A DNA stretch of 64,000 bases from Candidatus Hydrothermarchaeum profundi (lineage in GTDB: Archaea > Hydrothermarchaeota > Hydrothermarchaeia > Hydrothermarchaeales > Hydrothermarchaeaceae). The translations under genes were made by a program, and so were the position numbers. The notes below the pieces were generated by a model. It did not search any database. It saw only the letters and a list, made by a program, of their open reading frames with translations, and had not been told where the DNA came from. This document shows, in pieces, positions 10,303 through 20,950 of this stretch. Location of the stretch: the NCBI GenBank assembly GCA_002011125.2, contig MTMF02000009.1:1384989-1448988 (forward strand), read 5' to 3'. Within the stretch, counting starts at the first letter, position 1, and every line of letters begins with the position of its first letter.

Positions 10303-11345
10303 ATTACCTCCGTATTTTTTGCCAAAGTAATGGCAGACTCTCTATCTAACGGTTTATGTTCAAGTATAGTGTAACGATGAGGCCTTATCTCTCTTGCCTT
10401 TAATAAAGCTTCTACGATATACTTTTCTCTTATTCCTAGTTCTTTGGAGTTTACTGGGGCACCTAGAGTGCTCAGGGTTTTTCTTATCTTCTCCCAATTT
10501 CCTTCATGAAGATACATCATCATTATTGCGCCAACTCCGCATTGTTCCCCATGAAGAGCGGGTGATGGCGCTATCATATCTAGGGCATGGCTAAATTTAT
10601 GTTCTGAGCCACTCCCCGGCCTAGATGATCCTGCTATACTCATTGCAACTCCTGAAGAAATGAGGGCCGTTACGACTTTTTTGATACTATCATCACTTCT
10701 ATTCTTAATTTTACGGCTGTTTTTCATTATTATTTTGGCCGTCATATTAGATAGGGAAATAGCGTATTCGCTAATTTCCTCTCCTGTGATTTTATGGGCA
10801 AGTTCCCAATCTTTTATTGCGGTGTATTTTGATATAAGGTCACCACAGCCGCTTGCTAAGAGCCTATAAGGGGATTTTCTTATTATCGCTATGTCAGCTA
10901 TGACTGCTATTGGAGCATGAGCCTCAAGAGAAACAGACCCACTCTCACTTTTAATCGATGCTCTAGAGGAGGCTATCCCATCGTGAGAGGCTGCTGTAGG
11001 AACGCTGATAAATTCTCTGTGGCACTGTTTTGAAGCAAGCTTTGCAACATCAATGACTTTACCCCCACCTACTCCGATTATGAAATCTATGTTCTCCTTT
11101 ATAATAATTTGTTCGACTATTTTGACCTCTCTCACAGTTGCATTGTCAATTATATGACTCCTTAATTCGTGGCTTGCTTGTAGAAGTGATACTACTTCTT
11201 TACCTGCTATTTCATAAGTGATAGGATCTGAGATCACTAAGGCTCTCTCATTTAGTTTTAGTTCTGTACAAACAGATCCGATTTTGTCAATAGCACCCTT
11301 TTCAACCAGCACTATTCTAGGTAGTTGCATCATTTTAGAATTCAT
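10299..11345 (-). CDS. egsA: sn-glycerol-1-phosphate dehydrogenase
   Basis: GVGGGKVID, PTAASHDG, SGSEHKFSH, LHGEQ. Confidence 0.95.
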   Translation of the reverse strand: MNSKMMQLPRIVLVEKGAIDKIGSVCTELKLNERALVISDPITYEIAGKEVVSLLQASHELRSHIIDNATVREVKIVEQIIIKENIDFIIGVGGGKVIDVAKLASKQCHREFISVPTAASHDGIASSRASIKSESGSVSLEAHAPIAVIADIAIIRKSPYRLLASGCGDLISKYTAIKDWELAHKITGEEISEYAISLSNMTAKIIMKNSRKIKNRSDDSIKKVVTALISSGVAMSIAGSSRPGSGSEHKFSHALDMIAPSPALHGEQCGVGAIMMMYLHEGNWEKIRKTLSTLGAPVNSKELGIREKYIVEALLKAREIRPHRYTILEHKPLDRESAITLAKNTEVI

Positions 11346-11397
11346 CGATGAAAGTTTCTCCACAAAGTTTATTAAGTTTCCTTTTAATTCCGCTCTT

Positions 11398-12189
11398 ATG
11401 GCGGAATACACGGTTCAAGACTATGTAATATACTTGGGAATTCTTTTGCTTATCTTATGGGGATTTTCACGGTTCATATTCAAAAGGATAGAATTCGATA
11501 ATAGATTTTTATGGGCTGCCGCCCCTTACATAGTCTTTGGCGTTACATTAAGGATGCTTGCAGATGTAGGGATGTATGAAAGAAACCAGCTGTGGAATAT
11601 CACTCCCGGAGTTTATATCACTTCAATAACTCTTGGGCTAATTGCCATTGCTATTGGACTCGTGATCGAAACACGCTTTAAGATAGAGTATTGGTATACC
11701 CCCTTACTAATTGGGATTTTTGCTGCATTGTTCACCTCTTATAATCTCTCAAAGTTTATTGTAAGAGGAGAAAGAATATTATATCCATTCATTTTGGCAT
11801 TTGGTATAACGCTTGCTATTTACCTTTTGTCTTCCTTTACTAATCAAACAAGAGTTTTTAGAAAGTTAGATAATGTTGCTATCATCTACGCTCATCTCCT
11901 TGATGGGTCTGCAACTTTTTTAGGCATTGATTTTTATCATTTTTCGGAGGAACATCTTTTACCAGATATTTTCATAAAGACTACAGGAACAGCGTTTATA
12001 ATGATCCCTTTAAAAATACTAGTGGCTCTACTTGCAATCTATTTTTTAGAAAAGTGGTATCGGGATGAAAAATTAAAAGGAAACGTGAGGGGGGCTTCTC
12101 AGCAATATAAAATTTTTAAATTCTTATTTTTTATACTGGGGATAGGTCCAGGACTTAGAGACGCTATTCTACCAGCGACAATAGTTTAA
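11398..12189 (+). CDS. DUF63 family membrane protein
   Basis: Multiple TM helices; TPGVY, AHLLDGSAT, E.H.L, GIGPGLRD. Confidence 0.8.
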   Translation: MAEYTVQDYVIYLGILLLILWGFSRFIFKRIEFDNRFLWAAAPYIVFGVTLRMLADVGMYERNQLWNITPGVYITSITLGLIAIAIGLVIETRFKIEYWYTPLLIGIFAALFTSYNLSKFIVRGERILYPFILAFGITLAIYLLSSFTNQTRVFRKLDNVAIIYAHLLDGSATFLGIDFYHFSEEHLLPDIFIKTTGTAFIMIPLKILVALLAIYFLEKWYRDEKLKGNVRGASQQYKIFKFLFFILGIGPGLRDAILPATIV

Positions 12190-12202
12190 AAAAAGAAAGA
12201 GT

Positions 12203-12706
12203 TTATTTTATTTTTACCTTCTTGGCTTTGTACTCTGGTTTGGGCTCAAGTTTCGGTAGAGTTATTGTAAGTATCCCCTCCTTAAGTTCGGCTTCTACAT
12301 CGTCTGTCTTTAGTTCTTCGGGTAGCTCGATGCTTCGGTAATATCTCCTACTAGACAGCTCTCTCCGAATCCAGTTTTTACCTTCTTCATCTTTACTTTC
12401 ACTATGCTCAGCAGAGATCTCTAGGCTATAAGGCGTCACTTTGATGTCTATGTCCTCTTTAGGAATCCCTGGCAACTCTACTTTTACTTCATACTTGTCT
12501 CCCACGTCAGCGATATCCATAGCCGGTACTCTAGTAGAGTCGGCTGATTCTATACCCACGTTAAAAGGTCTAAGCAACTCGTCAACGCTTCTCCTAAACT
12601 CTTTGAATAATCGGTCAAACTCGTTCCACAAGCTTAATGACTCTCGCATCATTATGTTGCCTCCTATTTCTCGGGGTATAATGTTGGTATCTTTTTTTCT
12701 AAACAT
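12203..12706 (-). CDS. Small heat shock protein Hsp20
   Basis: Alpha-crystallin domain: VELPGIPKEDI..YYRSIELP..AELKEGILTITLPK. Confidence 0.95.
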   Translation of the reverse strand: MFRKKDTNIIPREIGGNIMMRESLSLWNEFDRLFKEFRRSVDELLRPFNVGIESADSTRVPAMDIADVGDKYEVKVELPGIPKEDIDIKVTPYSLEISAEHSESKDEEGKNWIRRELSSRRYYRSIELPEELKTDDVEAELKEGILTITLPKLEPKPEYKAKKVKIK

Positions 12707-12920
12707 AAGACACCACCTCCTTTTTCTTACTTTCTGTTATTTTAATAATCAGTTAACACCTTCAAATATTTTAGTAACATTTTGTAATAAAAATATTTAT
12801 GGTAGTAAAAGCTAATTAAGACAACTAATCGCTAAACCTATAATTAAACTAAAAATTTGAGAATTTTACCATTTAGTTAACAACAACTTTTTATACTTAC
12901 TACCGTTAACAGGGGTTTCC

Positions 12921-14333
12921 ATGAGAGAGAAAATGAATAGGAACTTCAGCGAGTGGTACAACGATATAATTGAAAAAGCAGAGATATTAGATATCCGGTA
13001 TCCTGTTAAAGGGCTTTATGTCTGGTTCCCTTATGGTTTCAAAGTTAGGAAATACGTGTTAGACGTGATTAGGGAGCTATTAGACAAGACAGGTCATCAA
13101 GAAGCATTGTTTCCACTACTAATACCCGAACATGAGTTTGCAAAAGAAGCCCAGCATATAAAAGGATTTGAGGATGAAGTCTTTTGGGTTACTCATGGGG
13201 GTAGGGAGCCTCTAAATGTCAAGCTGGCTTTGAGACCCACATCTGAGACAGCTATTTATCCTATGTTTTTAGTTTGGGTTCGGTCACACGCAGACCTTCC
13301 TATAAAAATCTACCAGATTGTAAATGTTTTTAGATATGAAACAAAACATACCCGTCCTCTAATTAGGCTGAGGGAAATAACAACTTTCAAAGAGGCTCAT
13401 ACTGTACATGAAAGTATGGAGAGTGCAGAGGCACAGATTGAGGAAGCTATTCAAATTTACAAGAATTTTTTTGATGAACTTGGTGTACCTTATTCAGTCA
13501 TTAGAAGGCCGGATTGGGATAAATTTCCCGGCGCTGTGTATACGATGGCATTTGATACTATTTTTCCGGATGGGAGAACCCTGCAAATCGGAACGGTGCA
13601 TAATTTAGGTCAAAACTTTGCAAAGACTTTTAACATAAAATTCGAGGACTCTGAGGGTAACCAGCAGTATGCTTATCAAACCTGTTATGGAATCTCAGAT
13701 AGAGTAATAGCCGCGTTATTAGTAACGCATGGTGATGATCATGGTCTCTGTATTCCACCAAAAGTAGCGCCTATCCAGTGTGTTATAATACCTATATGGT
13801 ATAAAAACAAGAAAGATGAAGTGGATAGAGAAGTCGTTAAATTAAAGGAAGAGCTGAAAGACCTACGAGTTCATGTAGATGACAGAGATATAAGGCCTGG
13901 AAGCAAGTATTTTGACTGGGAGATTAAAGGAGTACCTCTTAGAATAGAGCTGGGTCCAAAAGACATTGAAGAAGGAAAAGTAACCGTAGTAAGGAGAGAT
14001 ACCATGGAGAGAACCACGATTTCCCGGGAGAATGTTAAAGAAAGTGTAAAGAGGATACTAGCTAGTATAACCGATAACTTAAAAGCAAGGGCGTGGGACG
14101 AATTTAAGAAAAAAATATATGAAGCTACTTCTTTAGAAAACGCGAGGAAGATCATAAAAGAGGGTAGGGGAGTTGTGCGGTTGGGTTGGTGCGGCGATGA
14201 AGCGTGTGGAAAGATTATCGAAGATGAGATAGATGCAGATTTTCTCGGGATAGTGGACGAAAAAAAAGATGGGGTTTGTCTAGGATGTGGCAGAACTTCT
14301 AGAAATATGATTCAGGTGGGAAGAAGTTATTAA
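12921..14333 (+). CDS. proS: Prolyl-tRNA synthetase (archaeal/eukaryotic type)
   Basis: [30 protein letters not shown]-terminal Zn-binding Cys and GRSY. Confidence 0.97.
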   Translation: MREKMNRNFSEWYNDIIEKAEILDIRYPVKGLYVWFPYGFKVRKYVLDVIRELLDKTGHQEALFPLLIPEHEFAKEAQHIKGFEDEVFWVTHGGREPLNVKLALRPTSETAIYPMFLVWVRSHADLPIKIYQIVNVFRYETKHTRPLIRLREITTFKEAHTVHESMESAEAQIEEAIQIYKNFFDELGVPYSVIRRPDWDKFPGAVYTMAFDTIFPDGRTLQIGTVHNLGQNFAKTFNIKFEDSEGNQQYAYQTCYGISDRVIAALLVTHGDDHGLCIPPKVAPIQCVIIPIWYKNKKDEVDREVVKLKEELKDLRVHVDDRDIRPGSKYFDWEIKGVPLRIELGPKDIEEGKVTVVRRDTMERTTISRENVKESVKRILASITDNLKARAWDEFKKKIYEATSLENARKIIKEGRGVVRLGWCGDEACGKIIEDEIDADFLGIVDEKKDGVCLGCGRTSRNMIQVGRSY

Positions 14334-14390
14334 ATTTGAATCAACAGATATCTTTTTATAGTAATTTCTTGTTAAAGATGGAGGAGTTGA

Positions 14391-14975
14391 ATGGCTAGAG
14401 CTAGAAGAAGAGTAGATACTTGGAAAACAAAAAGATGGTATGAAATATTAGCCCCTAAGGGCTTTGGAGAAGTAAAGATAGGAGAAACTCTGGCGAGTGA
14501 TCCTTCGTCTCTAATAGGAAGAACAGTTGAAACAACTATGAGAGAGTTGGCGGGAGATTTTACAAAGCAGCACATTAAGCTTAAATTTGTTATAACCGAT
14601 GTCAAGGGAAACCAAGCATACACGGCTTTTAAGGGTCATGCATTATCTAGGGAGTATATGAGAAGCCAGATAAGAAGGAAAAGCACTAGAGTAGAAGGAG
14701 TTGTCGATGTAACTACGAAAGATGGATGGAAACTTAGGGTAAAAACTATAGCAATTGCTATAGGTAGGGTTCAAACAGCTCAAGAAAAGGCTATTAGAAG
14801 AGTAATGTCTGATTTAGTCAAGAAGGAAGCAGAGGAAAAAGACTTAGATTTATTAATTCAAGAGATCATCCAAAACAGGCTATCCGTAAACATGTATAGA
14901 GCTGCCAGCAAGATATATCCTTTAAAGAGAGTTGAAGTTAGAAAAGTTAAAGTTTTAGAATCAGCTTCAGCCTAA
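14391..14975 (+). CDS. rps3ae: 30S ribosomal protein S3Ae
   Basis: DTWKTKRWYEILAP..IYPLKRVEVRK. Confidence 0.95.
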   Translation: MARARRRVDTWKTKRWYEILAPKGFGEVKIGETLASDPSSLIGRTVETTMRELAGDFTKQHIKLKFVITDVKGNQAYTAFKGHALSREYMRSQIRRKSTRVEGVVDVTTKDGWKLRVKTIAIAIGRVQTAQEKAIRRVMSDLVKKEAEEKDLDLLIQEIIQNRLSVNMYRAASKIYPLKRVEVRKVKVLESASA

Positions 14976-14990
14976 TTCATAGGTAGAATT

Positions 14991-15701
14991 ATGTTATGGC
15001 TGGCGATTTGCCTCGTGCTAGGGGTAGTGGTATATAAAAAAGGCATACTTGACTTAAAAGGTACTCTAGCTGCTACATATATCGGGCTAGTCATAGTTTA
15101 TTTTGCTGGTTTCGACTGGCTTATTCTTTTACTAGTTTTTCTGTTTACCGCGTATATTGCAACGAGATTTAGGTACAGTTTCAAAAGCGCCATAAGAGTC
15201 TCTGAATCAAATAGCGGTAAAAGAAGCATTACACACGTACTTGCTAACGGTCTTGTGCCTACCGCTTTTGCTGTTATATGGTATATTAAGGACTCTGACC
15301 TCTTAGCATCTACGATTGCAGCAAGTTATATTGCTGCTGTAGCCACAGTTACAGGTGATACTCTTTCTTCTGAGATAGGAGTATTAAGTAAAAAAAAGCC
15401 ATTGTTAATTACTACATTAGAAAAAGTACCACCGGGCACCAATGGGGGAGTTACTATATTAGGAACTTTTGCGGGTATCCTAGGTGCGTTTATTATAGGG
15501 CTGACCGCTTGGATACTAAAGTTAGCTAGTTTTGAGACCGCAATTTTAGTCGCAGTAATTGGTGGAACATTCGGATTCACTGTCGATAGCGTTTTAGGCG
15601 CTGTTTTCGAGAGAAGAGGTCTTATAGGAAACGGTTCCGTTAATTTTCTATCGACTCTCGCAGGCAGCATCGCTGGATTATATGTATATCTTTTGATCTA
15701 A
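14991..15701 (+). CDS. DUF92/TMEM19 family membrane protein
   Basis: VLANG, DTLSSEIG, VPPGTNGGVT, DSVLGA, VNFLST. Confidence 0.9.
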   Translation: MLWLAICLVLGVVVYKKGILDLKGTLAATYIGLVIVYFAGFDWLILLLVFLFTAYIATRFRYSFKSAIRVSESNSGKRSITHVLANGLVPTAFAVIWYIKDSDLLASTIAASYIAAVATVTGDTLSSEIGVLSKKKPLLITTLEKVPPGTNGGVTILGTFAGILGAFIIGLTAWILKLASFETAILVAVIGGTFGFTVDSVLGAVFERRGLIGNGSVNFLSTLAGSIAGLYVYLLI

Positions 15702-15776
15702 ATTAAGAGGGTATAGGTGATCAATTTATATGTTTCTAGAAAAGCTTTAAGTTACACTTTTCCAATCTTTTTCTGT

Positions 15777-16937
15777 ATGAAGGCTCTAGTAGTGATCTGT
15801 GATGGTATGGGGGATAGGCCAATAGAAGAACTTGGTAAAAAAACGCCGCTAGAGGTAGCGAGGACTCCTAATATGGATGAACTTGCTGCGCGGGGGATAA
15901 ATGGGACTATGCATCCAATCGGTCCTGGGATAAGGGCAGGCTCTGATACATCTCATTTAGCTATTTTGGGTTACGATCCCTTTAAAGTGTATACAGGTAG
16001 AGGCCCCTTTGAAGCAGCCGGTTTAGGCATTGAACTAAAACCCGGAGACATAGCATTCCGATGTAATTTTGCCACAATAGATGAAAACATGGTAGTAACC
16101 GATAGGAGGGCAGGAAGAATAAAAGATACGACGGAGCTTGCTAAGATAATAAATACTCTTACGCTACCTGGCGTTGAAATTATTTTTAAATCTCTAAGTT
16201 ACAGGGGAGCACTAGTGTTACGTGGTAGAGGCTTAAGTTATAAGGTTTCTGACTCTGATCCGCATTACCCCAATAAAAAAGTTGAGAAAGTGAAGCCTCT
16301 CGATAATTCAAAAGAGGCTAAAAGAACAGCGCAACTAGTTAATGAATTCACCGAAAAGGTACAAGAAGCTCTTAGCGGAAAGAAGGCTAATATGCTTCTA
16401 CTCAGAGGATGTGGGGCTGCTGTAAAATTGCAGTCCATAACGGAGAAATACGGGATTTCCGGCTCATGCATGGCTACTACTGCTATAATAAAGGGAATAG
16501 CAAAGTCGGTGGGAATGAATATAATCAATGCGGATTTAAATTATCTTAAGCGAAGTTCAAGGGCACTAAAAGAACTTGAAAAGGTAGACTTCCTCTTAAT
16601 GAATATTAAAGAAGCTGATGAGGCGGGGCACGACCATAACCCTCGAAAAAAAGTAGAGATAATAGAAAAAATAGATGAGGCGATAGGAGTTTTTTTGGAT
16701 TTCTCGCAGGAAAATTATGTTGCTGTACTAGCGGACCATACGACACCATGTAGCTTTGGAGATCATACAGGTGATCCCGTGCCTATTACAATTTGTGGCC
16801 CTGAAGTAAGGACTGACGAAGTAGATAAGTTTAGCGAAAGAGCAAATTCTAAGGGAGGCTTAGGATGGATAGTAGGAACAAATTTTATGCCTATCCTATT
16901 GAATTTTATGAATAAATCTGAAAAGTTTGGTGCATGA
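15777..16937 (+). CDS. apgM: 2,3-bisphosphoglycerate-independent phosphoglycerate mutase
   Basis: DGMGDRP, GSDTSHL, DEAGHD, ADHTTP..HTGDPVP. Confidence 0.95.
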   Translation: MKALVVICDGMGDRPIEELGKKTPLEVARTPNMDELAARGINGTMHPIGPGIRAGSDTSHLAILGYDPFKVYTGRGPFEAAGLGIELKPGDIAFRCNFATIDENMVVTDRRAGRIKDTTELAKIINTLTLPGVEIIFKSLSYRGALVLRGRGLSYKVSDSDPHYPNKKVEKVKPLDNSKEAKRTAQLVNEFTEKVQEALSGKKANMLLLRGCGAAVKLQSITEKYGISGSCMATTAIIKGIAKSVGMNIINADLNYLKRSSRALKELEKVDFLLMNIKEADEAGHDHNPRKKVEIIEKIDEAIGVFLDFSQENYVAVLADHTTPCSFGDHTGDPVPITICGPEVRTDEVDKFSERANSKGGLGWIVGTNFMPILLNFMNKSEKFGA

Positions 16938-16938
16938 T

Positions 16939-18300
16939 ATGGAGTATATATTCAGAGCCTATGATGTGAGGGGCATCTTTAATAAGGAAATAACGCCTGA
17001 AATAGCAGCGAAGATTGGAATTGCGTTTGGAACGTATCTAAAGGGAGAGGGTAAGGTATTAGTGGGCCGTGACCCTAGGACAAGCAGCCTTATAATGGAA
17101 AATGCTTTTATATCAGGTCTATCTGCGACAGGTTGCGATGTCTACTCGACAGGGTTGGTACCGATACCGACAGCAAACTTTAAGATTTGGCAAGGGGGCT
17201 ATGATGCCGGAGCATATATAACTGCTTCTCATAATCCTCCTGAGTATAATGGCGTTAGATTTAGGCATCCTGATGGCACGGGCTATACATTTCAAAACGA
17301 AGAAATTAAGAATATCTTTCTAAAAGAGGAGTTCAAGCTATCAGATTGGAAGAATGTAGGTAGAATAATATACATAAATCCTGAAAAAACGCTAAGAGAA
17401 TACTCAGACTATATTTTAAGCAAATTTAACCCAGTATATGAGAAATTCAAGGTGGTCATTGACCCGGGTAATGGAGCAGCATCTCTGATTGCGCCATATA
17501 TCTTCAGAGAATTTGGAGCAAAAGTTTCAACAATAAATTGTTATCCGGATGGAACCTTTCCTGGAAGACCCTCTGAGCCGAATGAAAAAAATCTCGGAGA
17601 CTTGATGAAAGCAGTAGTCGCTACAGGAGCAGATTTTGGGGCAGGTTATGATGGCGACGCAGATAGGGTTGTATTCGTAGATGATAAGGGTAGGGTTGTG
17701 CAAAACGAGAAGATAGGAATAATAATCTCAAAAAGGATACTTGAGAAAAAGAAGGGTATTATTATAGCAAACATGGAATGCTCTATGATAGTTGAAAGCG
17801 AGATTAAAAAGGCAGGTGGTACTGTAAAAAGAGTCAGAGTAGGAGATGTATTCGTGGCGGAAGCAATTAAAAAATATAATGCGCTTTTTGCAATGGAAAC
17901 AAGTGCACACTACTTTTTTCCAGAATTTTATACCTTCGATGACCCTATTGTTGTAAGCTTAAAACTGGGCGAGATACTTTCTGAATGGGGATTAAAACTC
18001 TCTGAGATGGTCGATGAGATCCCTAGTTATCCTAAAGTAATGGAAAATATACCATGCCCGGATGAAAAAAAATTCAAAGTGATAGATGAACTTATAAATA
18101 CTTATAAAAACTCAGGCTTGCCTGTAGATCTTACTGATGGTGTTAAGGTAAGCTATAGCGATGGATGGTTTTTATTGAGGCCGTCAAATACAACTCCTTT
18201 AATTAGGGCAACTGTAGAGGCGAAGTCCAACGATAGGCTTCAAGAGCTTTTAAAAATGGTTAAAAAGGAAATTAAAACTGCTTTGAAGAAAATTAGTTAG
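16939..18300 (+). CDS. Phosphohexomutase (PMM/PGM/GlmM family)
   Basis: TASHNPPEYNG, DGDADR, RPSNTTP. Confidence 0.92.
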   Translation: MEYIFRAYDVRGIFNKEITPEIAAKIGIAFGTYLKGEGKVLVGRDPRTSSLIMENAFISGLSATGCDVYSTGLVPIPTANFKIWQGGYDAGAYITASHNPPEYNGVRFRHPDGTGYTFQNEEIKNIFLKEEFKLSDWKNVGRIIYINPEKTLREYSDYILSKFNPVYEKFKVVIDPGNGAASLIAPYIFREFGAKVSTINCYPDGTFPGRPSEPNEKNLGDLMKAVVATGADFGAGYDGDADRVVFVDDKGRVVQNEKIGIIISKRILEKKKGIIIANMECSMIVESEIKKAGGTVKRVRVGDVFVAEAIKKYNALFAMETSAHYFFPEFYTFDDPIVVSLKLGEILSEWGLKLSEMVDEIPSYPKVMENIPCPDEKKFKVIDELINTYKNSGLPVDLTDGVKVSYSDGWFLLRPSNTTPLIRATVEAKSNDRLQELLKMVKKEIKTALKKIS

Positions 18301-18309
18301 GTATGCAAA

Positions 18310-19551
18310 GTGAAAGCCGTAATACTCGCAGCAGGTAAAGGCACGAGACTTGAGCCTATAACAGATAATACTCCTAAAGCGATGCTTCCTATAGCAGGAA
18401 AGCCTATCCTAGAGTATATTCTAGAATCGATGAGGGAGGCAGGGATAGGAGAAATCACAATAGTAGTAGGGTATAAAGCGGATAGTATCCGAGACTACTT
18501 TAAAGATGGAGCTAGATTAGGTCTCTCTATCGATTATGTTTTGCAAGAAACTCAGCTAGGAACTGCAGATGCGATACGAAGATGTAAATTTGATGAGGAT
18601 TTTCTAGTTTTAGCAGGGGATGCCATAGTATCAGTGGATGTAATTAAAACTGTTCTTGAAAATCACGATTCAGCGGTTACGCTCGGTGTCAAAAAAGTAG
18701 AGAACCCTGAAGGATATGGGGTCGTAATATTAGAAAATGGAAAAGTTAAAAAAATTGTAGAAAAACCTAAAGAATATATCTCCAATTTAGCGTGTATTGG
18801 TGTAAACTGTTTTTCGCCTGAGATCTTTAATGCGATTGAAAAAACCCCAAAGTCTGAGAGAGGCGAATATGAGATTACAGATTCTATTAAAATTTTAATG
18901 GAAGAAGGTAAAAAAGTTAAAGCCGTTGAAGTTCGTGGAGAATGGCTTGATATTGGTAACCCGTGGAGCTATCTAGATGCAAATAAAAAGATTTTGGGGA
19001 AAAAAGATTTAAAGATCCTAGGTATTGTTGAAGAAAATGTGGTTTTAAAAGGAACCGTGGTTCTCGGGAAGGGCTCTATAATTAAGTCAGGGTCTTATTT
19101 GGAGGGCCCTGTATATATTGGGGAAAACTCTATTATAGGGCCTAATGCTTACCTCAGGAACTATTCTTCTATTGGTTCCAACTGCTATGTAGGGAATAGT
19201 GTTGAAATAAAAAATTCTATAATTATGGACGGCACAAAGGTCCCTCATTTATCATATGTCGGTGATTCAATTATAGGAAAAAACTGCAATTTAGGCGCAG
19301 GGACTTTGGTTGGGAACCTACGTTTAGATAGTAAAAATGTGATGATGCGAATAAAAGGAAAGCTAGTCGATACTGGGAGAAGAAAGTTTGGATGCGTTAT
19401 AGGTGATAATACAAAATTGGGATTAAATGTAATGATCAATTCCGGTAAAAAGATAGGTAACAATTGTATGATTGGGCCAGGTATTATAATATATAGCGAT
19501 ATTCCTAATGGTTCTTTTATTTTAAGTAAACAAGTGATAGAAAAAAGATAA
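18310..19551 (+). CDS. glmU: Bifunctional sugar-1-P nucleotidylyltransferase/acetyltransferase (archaeal GlmU-like)
   Basis: LAAGKGTRL, SERGEYEITD, hexapeptide repeats, HLSYVGDS, TGRRKFG. Confidence 0.88.
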   Translation: MKAVILAAGKGTRLEPITDNTPKAMLPIAGKPILEYILESMREAGIGEITIVVGYKADSIRDYFKDGARLGLSIDYVLQETQLGTADAIRRCKFDEDFLVLAGDAIVSVDVIKTVLENHDSAVTLGVKKVENPEGYGVVILENGKVKKIVEKPKEYISNLACIGVNCFSPEIFNAIEKTPKSERGEYEITDSIKILMEEGKKVKAVEVRGEWLDIGNPWSYLDANKKILGKKDLKILGIVEENVVLKGTVVLGKGSIIKSGSYLEGPVYIGENSIIGPNAYLRNYSSIGSNCYVGNSVEIKNSIIMDGTKVPHLSYVGDSIIGKNCNLGAGTLVGNLRLDSKNVMMRIKGKLVDTGRRKFGCVIGDNTKLGLNVMINSGKKIGNNCMIGPGIIIYSDIPNGSFILSKQVIEKR

Positions 19552-19591
19552 ACTCAACGAAGTTTACTCTCGTTACTTTGGATTATGGGTA

Positions 19592-19890
19592 TAGGGCGAG
19601 CTGGAGGGCATCTTTCGCCTGCTAGTCAGGTGAGGAAACTCCGCCCATCATTGCGGAACCCGACCTCTCGTAAGAGAGGAGGCCGAGAGGCCTAGCTCTG
19701 GAGCAGAAACGATACATCCCTGCGGTGATGATGATTGCAGAGCATGAAGGTCCGCAGGGCATGGTGAAACGGCCAACTTCGGGGATGCAAGCTCAAACAA
19801 TCGCCAATGAGCATCCGCACGAGGCGAGTGGTAGAGCGCTTAGACGAATGATGCCTTTAACAGAAGGCGGGTTACTCCCAGCACGCCCTA
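19592..19890 (+). ncRNA. rnpB: RNase P RNA, archaeal type A
   Basis: P1 TAGGGCG/CGCCCTA; GAGGAAACTCCGCCC and ACAGAAGGCGGGTTA (P4); P8 and P9 tetraloop hairpins; P6 TGCGG/CCGCA; P15-P16. Confidence 0.93.
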
Positions 19891-19893
19891 GGC

Positions 19894-19929
19894 GAGAGGC
19901 ACTTTTCATGTGCCTCTCTCACTTTTTTT
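19894..19929 (+). terminator. Hairpin plus T-tract after rnpB
   Basis: GAGAGGCAC-TTTTCAT-GTGCCTCTC followed by TTTTTTT. Confidence 0.6.
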
Positions 19930-19946
19930 GTCTTGCGGAAAAACCT

Positions 19947-20678
19947 TCATTGCGTTTCAGGTTCTAAATAACTCGTATACTCCTGTAGAAGCTCAGGGTT
20001 TTTCAGCAAATCATCAATAGTTATGTTTTTAAGTTCTGGAGGTAGAGATTCCTCCAATTGTGCTAACTCTTCCTCTGTAATATTTTTTCCAAACTCTTCT
20101 TTAACCCTAGAAATAACTTTTTCATTTTTTATAGCTTCTTGCAAAGTCATCTCAGGATTTTCCTCTATTGAAGCGATAAGTAGTGGTATATTCGGCATAT
20201 TTGGCCCAATTTCAGCTGTTAGTATACCTGAGAAATCTTTAGTCGTTGGAATTGGGATCTTAGGTATCGGTATTGAAACAAGAGGAGTATGCAACTTTCC
20301 ATCTATTTCAATTTTATTGCCGGTAGTTGTCATTTGAAGCAATTCTGAAAGAGTTTTCGTAATTGATATCCTAGCTTCGATAGTTTTTTCTTCCCCTTTA
20401 GCTATGCTAATTTCCTTCATTATCCCAGAGCCTATATATTCTCCGTTAAGGTATATGTTGATGTCTGCAGAGGGTAGAGTAGTGGCTTCTCCGGGGTTAT
20501 ATACTGAAATTAATACATTTAACACTAAAGGGGAGAGAGTAATTGGTTCGATACCTTCTGGATATATTTCCAGCCCCATAACGGGTTTAATAATTGTTAG
20601 GTAAGTGTATCCAATGAACGCAGAGATACCTAATATCACTATTAAAAAGACCACAAGTATTTTTTTACCTAAAGACAT
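19947..20678 (-). CDS. Membrane-anchored LEA_2-like protein
   Basis: N-terminal TM helix, V.VYNP..INIYLNGEYIGSG LEA_2/WHy pattern, acidic helical C-terminus. Confidence 0.6.
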   Translation of the reverse strand: MSLGKKILVVFLIVILGISAFIGYTYLTIIKPVMGLEIYPEGIEPITLSPLVLNVLISVYNPGEATTLPSADINIYLNGEYIGSGIMKEISIAKGEEKTIEARISITKTLSELLQMTTTGNKIEIDGKLHTPLVSIPIPKIPIPTTKDFSGILTAEIGPNMPNIPLLIASIEENPEMTLQEAIKNEKVISRVKEEFGKNITEEELAQLEESLPPELKNITIDDLLKNPELLQEYTSYLEPETQ

Positions 20679-20747
20679 TTTATCACCTAACTACAATTAA
20701 GAACTTTTTCATATATTTGTATTAAGGTAAAATATATTCATTTTGTC

Positions 20748-20948
20748 ATGGAAGTATCAGTAAAGATAAGAAGAGAAGAAAAGTCTGTCATATTAGATGA
20801 AGGCTCTACGATAAATGACCTTCTAAAAAAATTAGGCATAAATAGAGAAACGGTGCTAATAAGAAGAAATGGAAAACTCTGTATTGAAGAGGAGGTCCTC
20901 AACGATAGAGATAGCGTGGAGATAATCCCAGCTATCTCCGGGGGGTAA
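20748..20948 (+). CDS. Ubiquitin-like sulfur carrier (SAMP/ThiS/MoaD)
   Basis: 66 aa beta-grasp ending ISGG; adjacent to ncsA. Confidence 0.92.
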   Translation: MEVSVKIRREEKSVILDEGSTINDLLKKLGINRETVLIRRNGKLCIEEEVLNDRDSVEIIPAISGG

Positions 20949-20950
20949 AT

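Noticed and set aside
11218-11411. Head-to-head overlap of egsA and DUF63
   Set aside because: It disappears with the likely starts at 11345 and 11398
19725-19967. 80-aa ORF
   Set aside because: Lies within the RNase P RNA and its terminator
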